DNA of 64,000 nucleotides from Paraglomus brasilianum (lineage: Eukaryota): contig CAJVPI010000028.1 in assembly GCA_910592345.1 (NCBI GenBank), positions 1-64,000 on the forward strand, written 5' to 3'. The translations under genes and the position numbers were made by a program. Positions 54,101 through 64,000 of the stretch are shown piece after piece. Numbering within the stretch: the stretch's first letter is position 1; the number at the start of each line of letters is the position of its first letter. The notes below the pieces were generated by a model that ran no database searches, was not told where the DNA came from, and saw nothing but the letters and a program-made list of their open reading frames with translations.

Positions 54101-55146
54101 GGAATGAGCGCGATAGTAGCATTGTGTATGAAAATATCGAATGACGTACACATGCATGGAACATGTTAGACTTTATTATTTATTTGATCCTGGGAGTGGT
54201 TTTATTTCGAGAGATGTTGGAGCATCTTTGTCTGCCGTGCGTTTATCATGTCCCAAGACGACTGAATGATATATAAGAGATAACGTGTATGAGTCATGTT
54301 TTTAAGAAACAGTCGTACCATCAATTAGATTAATATTTGATCTGCTGTTACCTCTCTTGTATAACACGACTGATGAAGCAATAAAGAATGGTATTGCAAC
54401 TATTACCGTAGTTATTCTGTTCATAAAATATGAATGTTACGAACATAATCTATCTTAAACTGTTACCACATAAAGTTTGAATTGACCTTCTTTTGGCAAG
54501 ATTGTATTTGAGTTGCTTCTGAGAATCCATTGCACGATAATTTTAGGAAAAGAACAGTTTAGCAAATGTGGACACGTGAACAAATCGAGTGCGATAATTT
54601 TTATGTCGTGCAACCAAATTCTGCAGTCGCACAAGATTTGATCACGACCTTTTTCGGAAATACGTTGGAGGACATTCTAATGAATAGAACTTGTGAGGCC
54701 CATTGCACGTTTGAATAGACTTTTCTATTAAATGTAAATACCCATGCTAGGGTTTAGGTATACATTCTGATCGATTGACATGACATTATTATAAGTTACT
54801 TTATATCAGTATTTTGTGACTAAACCAGTATCTTCCCAAATTTTAAACAGATGACAGTTACAAAAGTCATCAGGGTATTATCGGAGGTTTGTCAAATGTA
54901 AGGCATGAAAAGCAGGTATTTAGCCAGAAGAAGCCTCGTCGTATCTCCGAATAAGAAAGTCGAAGAGGGTGTGGTGTGGGTTCAAGAATGTGTCTATTGT
55001 AACAGTAAACAGCTAAGCGCGAGTTCTATTACGAACAAACCAGTTATTGTATTGAACAAAATGTCAAAAAAAGGACAATTGGCAATTAAAATATCAAAAA
55101 CCATACATCGTTAATGGCATCGAAATAATACGGCTGCTACGCATCA

Positions 55147-56543
55147 TCAAAGCCTAGCTCCGCCATCGATTCTGACTTGTGTCGCGTTCATATAGGAATT
55201 CTGGATCATATGAATTATCAAAGAGGCAACCTCTGTTCAATGAAATAATTCCATAATTAATATGTTAATAAAAGTAAATTCGAATTAATACAATAACTGT
55301 TTAGACATCTAACCTTTTGGTTTGCCCAGTCTTTTGGGAAATCCAATTTTCCGTATAATAAATTGTACCGCCTTTTCAGGTAACCGCGAGGCCATAGGAG
55401 TTTCTAAGAACAGCAAAGGTAAACAATTAGGTCTAATATGTTTGGGATAAAATTTGCAGACCAACATACCACATGCTCCAGGCGCTACAGAGAGAACACG
55501 TATGCCGAATCGTGCTAGATCTCTAGCCATAGGGAGTGTCATACCAGTAATACCACCTTTAGAAGCTGAATAAGCTGCCTGTCCCATCTCACCATCCTCC
55601 GACGCAATCGAGGACAAGTGGATAATAACGCCTCGTTCGCCTATTAACATGAGACTGTCCATTGTCAATTATCAGCAACAATATTGTAAAGAGATTCTTA
55701 AATATCTAATTCCTTCACCATCTTCGTCGGGCATTTGTCTAATCATCTCGGATGCGACTAGTCTCGACACATTGAACGTTCCAACCTGCCATCACCAGTG
55801 TTCCTTTTAATAAAGATATATATATATATATGTAATGTGATAGTTTCACCTCAAAATACAAACCAAATTAACATCAACAACAGATTTGAACGTCTCTAAA
55901 TCGGCAGGCTTGCCATTAGATGCAACAGTCTAACGTCAAACATCGTCAGTTAACATTTGTTTAAAAACTTGGCATGACCATGGAATGTTAGTCACTCTCA
56001 ATGCCTATATACGTACCATGTCTACAGAACCTATACCACCCGAATTAACTAATCCACCAATCGTATTTCCAAATTTATTCACCCCTGCCTTTATCGCTTC
56101 CTTAATGCCTTCCTGTAACATACATGTAATTTGTGCATAGTTAGTTATAACAAAGTTTGTATGGCAACATCGAATCTGATAAATCGCCATCAATACTACC
56201 TCAGAAGTTACATCTGCTATAACATAGAGAACCCTATTCGTATTCGTCAAAACTTTTAGATCCAAAGGCTTTTCCTTCAAATCGATGATCTAAATAAGAG
56301 CCCGAAAAGCATATACTTCGGTCAGGAGGGAAAGAGTCGCATTGATGCATCCAACGGCTTTATACTCACAACAACATTCGCTCCATGTTGGAGCAACTCT
56401 TCCACTACGGCAAGACCAAGTCCACTGGCCCTAGGATGAAAAGCAAAAGAACCCTTGTCAACCATTGTAAATCAGATTTACTTGCAATCTCCTGTAAGAA
56501 CTTACCCACCCGTAACAAAGAAAGTTCTATCATTAATAAGCAT
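55147..56543 (-). CDS. Short-chain dehydrogenase, HSD17B10 / type-2 3-hydroxyacyl-CoA dehydrogenase-like
   Basis: [46 protein letters not shown] (YxxxK), [39 protein letters not shown]. Confidence 0.9.
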
Positions 56544-56770
56544 ATCCGGAAAATGAAAGAAATGTTGTGATCTTGTCATTTTTAAAATTTTTGGATTGTG
56601 TAACAAGCCGCTATTACGCAAGCCATAGTAATAGTGCCCAATCTGCAATAAAGTTCTAAATTATAAAAAAAAAAAAAATAGTGCCCAATCTAGCATTGCA
56701 AGGCAATCAGTTTTTTTATCTAACCTTGATAAGAAATCATAAACCGAACCCGGATATACCGAAAACCCCG

Positions 56771-56810
56771 TTAGTATTAGTATTAGTATTAGAATTAGTA
56801 TTAGTATTAG
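56771..56810 (+). repeat. (TTAGTA)n hexamer microsatellite
   Basis: About 6.5 copies; a shorter run occurs at about 61110-61125. Confidence 0.85.
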
Positions 56811-57249
56811 ACCAGATCGAACTTTTTTTTTTGAAATCCGCGCTTCAGCCTATGAAAATTACCCCGACAAACCGAAGTTACTATTAATATATTAATTAAT
56901 ATTAATATCCTCCATAATAATAAACCGTAAACCGGATTTTCTGTAATAGGAACAACCATATCAAATAAAATGAAGTACGTCAATCAATCTCTGACTTTAA
57001 GGTTAATTTCAAAAAGCAGTTATTTCACAAGCTGTAAGCGAATAAAGAGTAGTGTTTACGATATATATTATCTGGTCTGGCAGCTTGAACACTTACCCCG
57101 TTTATCCGAACGTATGGTTTCCCTGAATATACACTGTTTGACGATCTCTCATTAATGTCATCAAGTCAACTCCTTATTGCGTTGTGTTTTTAAGACAGGG
57201 GTTTACAATTTTTTTTTTCTTCACCCGCCGTTATTGGTACTCATGCGTT

Positions 57250-57480
57250 TTGGATAAAACAACGAGCGATCATCCAGTAATTTACGACTCTGCTTTATAT
57301 TTAGCAAGACAGATGGAACGCCGAATCTAACACGTTACCGAAAACTTTGGTTACCCTGCAAAGATCAAGGGGATTTTGCGCATCCATATTGTGCTTCCCG
57401 GTGTTCAAGGCGGTATCCCGGCAAGCAAAGTGATTGAGGATGATACTTTCTTTGACGAAATGACGCCGAAAATGATCACA
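57250..57480 (+). pseudogene. Isolated coding-like fragment, possibly Crinkler-type C-terminus
   Basis: ENFGYPAKIKGILRIHIVLPGVQGGIPASKVIEDDTFFDEM preceded by stops; family assignment by loose resemblance only. Confidence 0.3.
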
Positions 57481-60067
57481 TGTGTAGTCAAGTCATAGGA
57501 ACAATTTTGCCGATGGTAACTTGTGCACAAATTTGTGGACTGATTGAATTACATTTTATTGTTATTATTATTATTATGACTGTCATTGATTAAGCCACTG
57601 ATCGCGTCGTTATATTAGATCGCATCGTGCGCAAAAAATTTTGTTCACTTTCAAACATACCATGAGTACTAGAAAAGAACGCCTTGAAGAACTGAAGCAA
57701 TAGTATTTGGTGATGCGCAAAGTCGTATTAAAAGTAATGCTTATTGGTAAAGTGACTGAATATCCAGGCTTGACTAGTCTGTGATACATTCTTTGGTGAA
57801 ATTAGACTTATATTGTGTGCTTCAATCAGATTTATTTATGCCATAGATGTCGATGAAATTAATAATCCGCATGGCTTATATTTACGTGTATTTCTCAGCC
57901 CAAATCTGGCTAATTTATAGTACAAGTTTTTCTAATATACATCAATGCTTTTATTACTAGGCTAGGAAACGGAAACCATCATCAGTATTATTGTTCACGT
58001 GTTATAAGATCGATGGATGGATGGGAATATTACAGGGGTCAGTGATCAGACCGCATATTAATATCGCATAACAATAGAAAGTTCTTCGCTACGCTCCGGA
58101 CAATTATGAAAAAGTACGGACAAAAGTGCTTGCATTTACAGTTTATTATTTATACTGATGTGTCGAATTGATAACGGGGCTTATAACGATGATTATATCT
58201 TCTTACAATGCTGCACGCGATACAAGCTTGTACAGAAGCAAAATAAAAGAAGCTATGAACTCTCATGTTAAAGCTCAAAAATCGGACATTGGAAAGGGGA
58301 TACAGTTCTTCATCAAACCATGTAAAACTATAGATATTTGGGTAACAGACTTTCTAAGCTGCGTTGCGCTTATACCTGTTCAGCTGCGCTGTCACAGAAT
58401 ATAACACGCATTACTTTTAATACATCACCAGATATTACATACAGTACGTTAAATAAAGGCATTATAGATATTTTCTTTTGAACATCTGAAATGTCTTACG
58501 AAATGATACTAGTCTTGTTAGCATATACAATATGTCTTTGCTATTGTGATGAAATCGCTTATAACTAAAAAGCATGTACGAACGTCATGTACTTTTTTAT
58601 CTTGATGCCACAGAGATTTTGGCCTTAAGCCTTTTTCTCGATAGCCACACATAACTTTGCGTTTAGGTTTCTGTAAACTAGATGAGTGCCGCTGTGTCTT
58701 AAATAAAATGCTAATGATGGATCCGGATTCTTACTGAAATGTCGGGTCAAAAGTATAATAATATCAAACTATTTAAATGTTTATACGAGGTTTTGTTGAC
58801 TACTCTTCAATTGCATCAATATTTTCTGATTAACGGCCTCATTGGGTCTTCTGAGCATTGAATTTTCTTTTCTTGTTGACGAATTTGCCTCTATCTCGCT
58901 CCTCCAGCAAATAGGATGATTTCATGGGTACCGAAACCATTGGTTTTGTGTCGAGTTTTTAAAATTAAATTTCTTAACCTGAACTCACGATTTATTTTAT
59001 ACAATCAACCACCTCGCGTATATTTTTATAGATAGATCTAATCCATATTGAGCATATTGATATTTTAATTTCACAGGCGTTTATATCAAGTTAATGTTGG
59101 CTGTATTCTGGCATGATATAGATTTGTATATAAGCTACACCGGGTGTGAATGACGTCTGAGTCAAGTTAGTTAACCTTCAGCCACACCAGTCTCTTATTT
59201 ATGTCACATAACAAAATATTCTACTTTAAATAAGCTACTTTTGAGAGGTAAAACCAATACAGTAGATGTCTATAATACAGAAAATAGAGACTTAAAGAGA
59301 GATCCGAAATTCCAAAAAAGAGATATAAAAAGATAAGAGCAAGAAATCAACCGGCTCGGAACAATTAATTATTTGCAAGACGAACGTGACGATAAAATAA
59401 TAAAATGAGAATTTCTTGGACCGCCACAAAGAATCGCCTTTGTTCTATGTACGCCAGCATCTATTGTCATTCCTTAATAACTTCAGTGCCCAACGATTGA
59501 TTGCATTCACAATAAAAACTCCTTCATTATATGTTTCTAATTATGTTTATATGAAAAAATAAACAATTTCCAATTTAGGCAACACCTCTTAATTGATGTG
59601 ATGCCCCCTACTGAATGACTTCTATTTTTGGGTCCCCAAAATAGCTAATGGCGGCAACGCTATTAAATGTGGGATCGACCAAATCGAACTTTCTAAAACA
59701 TTTCACACAGCCATTACTCTACGACAATTCACATTCTTCGAAGGCACCTTAAAGATGATCGGTCTCTCGTTTACAGGTTATCAGAGATGTTTCTGCGTAT
59801 GTTTATTAAAATAGTTATTTCGCATTGAGCAAACTTTGTTCGAGATTAAAGATAGAGCCATAATTATCCGGAGAATTCGCATCATCGGAGATTAACGGAG
59901 AATAATTAGGCTGCATGATTTTTAGCTAAATAAGGTTCCTCATGACGTATTCGCTATGTAATGTCCAACTGATGACGTTACCTTCAGCTACATCAACGTG
60001 TGCAATATATAAACACCATCTTGCTCGTTTTCTTTTCAACACCAGCGAAATCATAAGTTTTGACAGG

Positions 60068-60890
60068 ATGGCTTCCAAATTAGCAATCGTGCTTATCTTT
60101 ATGCTTGCCTTCTGCTTATTCCTTCATGTCGACGCAATAATAATTGGCATCCTGAAAGTTACCGTCCGTGGGTATCAGTTGATATAATCGTAGTACGAAG
60201 ATCTTTAACGTGAATCGAAAATATTAACTCAATTGGTAACTGCAAAAGACAGGGCAAGGCGTCTACCCAATTTAGATCGATTATCAGCAGGAGAAGGCAA
60301 GAAATAAATTTTAGATTGAATGGTCATTTCCTTGATTCTATTTTACTAATACATATTCTCGATTTCTTTACACGGACAGACAAAAGTAGGTTGACGTTTG
60401 TCTTACTATTATGTCAGCTGCTGAATTAGTTTATTTTCATCGAACTGACATTCTTTACCATTCTAAGGTGATCCATATGCCCTGGTATGGGTTGGCGGTT
60501 CAAAGGCGTTCCCTGTTACACAGCCCGCACAGACGACGAAAGTTGCAAGCAATACATTAAACCCAGTTTGGAATGAGGATTTATATTTCTGTATTACGAA
60601 CCAAACTTCAGTCTATGTTGATGTTCTGGATAAAAACCATCCCCCTTCAACTCCTGATAATTTTGTGCGCATTTAACTTTTTTAATGCCCGTCACGCTAT
60701 TGATTCATGCCATTGATTCATCCCATTGATTCATACCCTAACTTATCACTTTATATAGATCGGTCTCGCTGCTGTTCGCCGGATCAGGAAGTTGTCGCCA
60801 GCATGGTTTCCTTTGTACGGCACCAAACACGGACAAATCCGCCTCTCAATGGAATTCTTTCCTACCAAAGCTGCTGTTGGTGTAGCCTAA
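60068..60890 (+). CDS. Signal peptide plus single C2 domain protein (160 aa, 5 exons)
   Basis: Exons 60068-60171, 60253-60296, 60380-60385, 60468-60664 and 60759-60890 total 483 nt in frame: MASKLAIVLIFMLAFCLFLHVDA-IIIGILKVTVRGARRLPNLDRLSAGEDKSDPYALVWV..TTKVASNTLNPVWNEDLYF..VYVDVLDKN..PDNFIG..WFPL..GQIRLSMEF. TATA-like TATATAAA at about 60006. Confidence 0.85.
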
Positions 60891-61290
60891 TTGCACTGTA
60901 ATAATAATCATAGTAATAATAGCTTATATATAATAATAAATAAATTCTTGACCCAAAACGAAAAACGTCATCGAGATATTCCTTACGTAATTTTAACTGC
61001 AAATATATTCGATTATTGCCTTATGCTTTTCCATAAACAGGCTGGCGATTAAAACAAGGCGCAATAAACTTTAGTCACGTGTACATCAGAAATAGATTGG
61101 TAAATGCCATTAGTATTAGTATTAGCCCCGTCGTGCGACCGTAACTAATCAATTTAAGGCATCCTAATCCCGGCTATTCCTACCGCTACAGTATTAGTTA
61201 TGTCAACCCTTGGAATGATTGATTTTCCCTTATACTTGGTCAAATATCTCAAAAATTTGGCATACAGTCTCTTCGTCTAATTCATGCTGC

Positions 61291-62923
61291 ATGATGACAT
61301 CTCTTCCAAATTCCCTAATAAAATTACAAGAACAGACTTTTCTAGGTAATGATGCTCTCGTCTCTATCAAGTGCGCTCTTATCTCGGCTTTCAAATCAGG
61401 TCTCTCCAAAGACGCCCCAACGATGATTCCATCGTTTGTTTCTATCTTCCCTGATGGTACCGAAATTGGCGAATATCTTGCACTTGATCTCGGTGGAACT
61501 AATCTCAGAGTTGCTGTTGTTCGTCTACTGGGAAACGATCGATTTGATTCAGAGACAAAGGAGAGTTTTGTTATACCGGATGAGAAGAAAAAGGGAGATG
61601 CTTTATTTGATTGGATTGCTGAAATGGTGAAAGCAGTTCTGGATAAGAAAGGTATTGATTATAAAAAGCCTGTCATCGTTGGAGCTACATTCAGTTTTCC
61701 TGTTAAGTAAGTTCTAATATATGATATAGAGGATGGTATAAGCCCAAGCGATTAGAAGTTGTATGTTTGTGGTGGTGAACCTTGCGGCTAATTCGTTATT
61801 AATAGTCAAGTTGCTATCAATCGCGGAACCGTGGCAACTATGGGTAAAGGATTCGATCTTGATAGTGTTGAGGGTATGGACATTGTGGAACTGATGGAAA
61901 ACGGTTTCAAAAGAAAGGTAATCATCGAATCAATAAGGAGGTATTGTTGATTTTGTCATCGGCCAATATATATCGATAACATGTCAAATCGCAATTTTGA
62001 TAGAATCTTAACATGTGCATCTCAGCTATCGTCAACGATGCGGTATCAACTCTCATAGCTCAAATGTACAAAGAACCAACAACCACCATTGCATCAATAA
62101 TATTGGGCACTGGCACTAACTCTGCTTGCATCGTTCCTATCGCTGAAATCAAAAGGCCATCTTTTTCCTTTCCACAGTCTTCTGCGTCTGACAGAATGGT
62201 CATTAACATGGAATGGAGTCTCATGGGAGCAGACTTTCTCTCTTTCACGGAATATGATAAGCAACTGGACAAAGGCATCAAACCTGGATTCCAACCGTTC
62301 GAGAAAATGGTCAGTGGATATTACTTGCATGAACTAGTGAGATTGGCTATCGTTGATTTTGTGAAGAAGAAGGAATTATTTGGAGGCGTTCTTCCTGGCG
62401 GGATGGAAAGAAAATATAGCTTTACTAGTGAGCTCATGAGCGACTTTGAGAGGTCAGGAATGAAATTTGTTAACTGAACGTAATTTGTATTAAGATTAAG
62501 GTACTCGGTTCACGGTTCATTTCCAAAATTGAAATCTATTTCTTCGCTTCCAGATTCTCCATAGACCGTCCTGACGAGCTGATATCAAAACTTTCCGAAC
62601 GCTATCAACTTCCCGATGACATAAAATTGAGTGACCTTGAAGTAATTCAATCAATAGTCAAATGTTTCTCCAGGAGATCAGCTCAGCTCGTTGCTGCTGG
62701 CATTGCGGCTCTTGTTGAATTCGCGCATCCTGAAACCACAGAGACGGATGTCACGATTGGAATCGATGGATCGGTATATTCTCATTATCATGGTTATTCT
62801 GATATGTTGACGAACGAGATGGAGAATTTAGTGGGGACCAGAGTTAGAATTTCAGAAGTTAAGGATGGCGGATGTGTAGGAGCTACTATTGTTGCTATGC
62901 TATATGCTAAAAAGTCAAAGTAA
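61291..62923 (+). CDS. Hexokinase-family sugar kinase (atypical, MGKGF type)
   Basis: MIPSFV, ALDLGGTNLRV, TFSFPV/NQ..ATMGKGF, IVNDAV, ILGTGTN, INMEW, FEKMVSGYYL, RSAQLVAAG, IDGSVY, DGGCVGA. Confidence 0.93.
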
Positions 62924-63335
62924 CTATTGAATAAATGAATATTTGTACCTTGTTTTAGGATAAGATCTGATGCATCAAATACGCCTACACGTAAGAAACA
63001 TATGTCTGAATGTAGCAAAGATACAGTCAATCCCTTGATTATTGTCAAGCGCTTTAATGCATCAAACCCATTTTAAAACATGAAAGTTCAATTATCAATA
63101 GGAAGGCGTTTGGATTTCGAAGAACTTGACGGATTGATTCCTAAAAGACAAACGTCGAAAGTTCCAAGTAACCAAAACTAAAAGTAAACCGCCACCAATA
63201 ACTCGGACTCGCCGTCTATTATGCGACGGTTTTTTCTTAGCAAACATTTGGACATTAATGCGGCAGTTACCCGACCGCTTTCATCCATTCTTACTAATGT
63301 AGTGTGGAATATGAAAAATTGAAGATAATAGGATA

Positions 63336-63413
63336 CGGAACGGGGACGGGGACGGGAATGGGAAATGGGAGATGGGAAATAGGAGATGGGAAATAGGAGA
63401 TGGGAAATGGGAA
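63336..63413 (+). repeat. G-rich 6-7-bp tandem repeat (GGGAAAT/GGGAGAT)
   Basis: CGGGGACGGGGACGGGAATGGGAAATGGGAGATGGGAAATAGGAGATGGG...; multiple G3 runs. Confidence 0.85.
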
Positions 63414-64000
63414 AAGCGTAATTTGAGAAACAAATTATTTTCGAGTAGTAATAAGAGGCTATAAATTATAATTTTATAAATACGTGAAACAATTTTTGTA
63501 TTTTACGTGCGATTGTATTTTTTTTTTTGACGCAACAAGACGGAAATCGCGCACAGAAGGCAGCCATCGCGTCTTGAATACCAGACGCGATTTTGGCTGT
63601 TGATTGTAATGTATATAAAAATGTTGTTTCTTTCGAATCCTATTTCTCTGGAATCTTTTTATTAACATTCTAAAAACTCTTCACTCGTTTGAATAATATA
63701 AAAATTAATAAAAACCGATTCCTATTAACTGCTAATAATGTGTTCTAGAATGATCGGCAGGCTATATTTGGGCCGTTTACTAAAATAGAGAAAAAGTTGT
63801 GTCGTTTTAATTACAAGTCGACATCATGCCTCCAAAACGAAAGTCTGCTGCTAAGTGCTCTGCACAAACTAGACAATCGAAGCGGAAGAATACAGTGAAC
63901 TCATTCCAGCTGTTGGAAGACCATGATCTGGTCAGTGACAGGTTTGGCTTTGATATTGGAGACCAATGACTCATTTATTTTTTTTCGTATTTACCACTAG

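Noticed and set aside
56771..56810. Telomere-like repeat
   Set aside because: The unit is TTAGTA, not TTAGGG; short and internal.
1..64000. CRISPR array, rRNA or tRNA genes
   Set aside because: No repeat-spacer array with unique spacers; the short repeats are tandem. No rRNA or cloverleaf pattern recognised by eye (tRNAscan/Infernal not run).

Overview
AT-rich, intron-rich eukaryotic (fungal) DNA. The gene families (HSPA12-like Hsp70, a DLG-type tyrosine-kinase-like kinase, Mug135-like proteins, many pogo/Tc1 relics) suggest an early-diverging fungus, most likely Glomeromycota (inference). About 15 protein-coding genes can be reconstructed by hand: Hsp70-like, a membrane protein, RCHY1/Pirh2, Urb2-like, ERO1, aspartokinase, S1P lyase, an alpha/beta hydrolase, Mug135-like, RMD5, a kinase, a carnitine acyltransferase, an HSD17B10-like SDR, a signal-peptide C2 protein and an atypical hexokinase. 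Degraded DNA transposons and TA-flanked MITEs lie between them. The highlight is a decayed IS607-type element at about 49.05-50.9 kb (minus strand) with a serine-recombinase tnpA relic and a Fanzor2/TnpB RNA-guided nuclease relic. An apparent spliceosomal intron sits at the tnpA 3' end, and the spliced stop overlaps the nuclease start (ATGA). The second highlight is a 160-aa signal-peptide plus single-C2-domain gene, largely missed by the ORF track, with a GC-AG intron and a 6-nt micro-exon. No rRNA, tRNA or CRISPR array was recognised. All exon boundaries were read manually, and family assignments come from motif recognition, not database searches.
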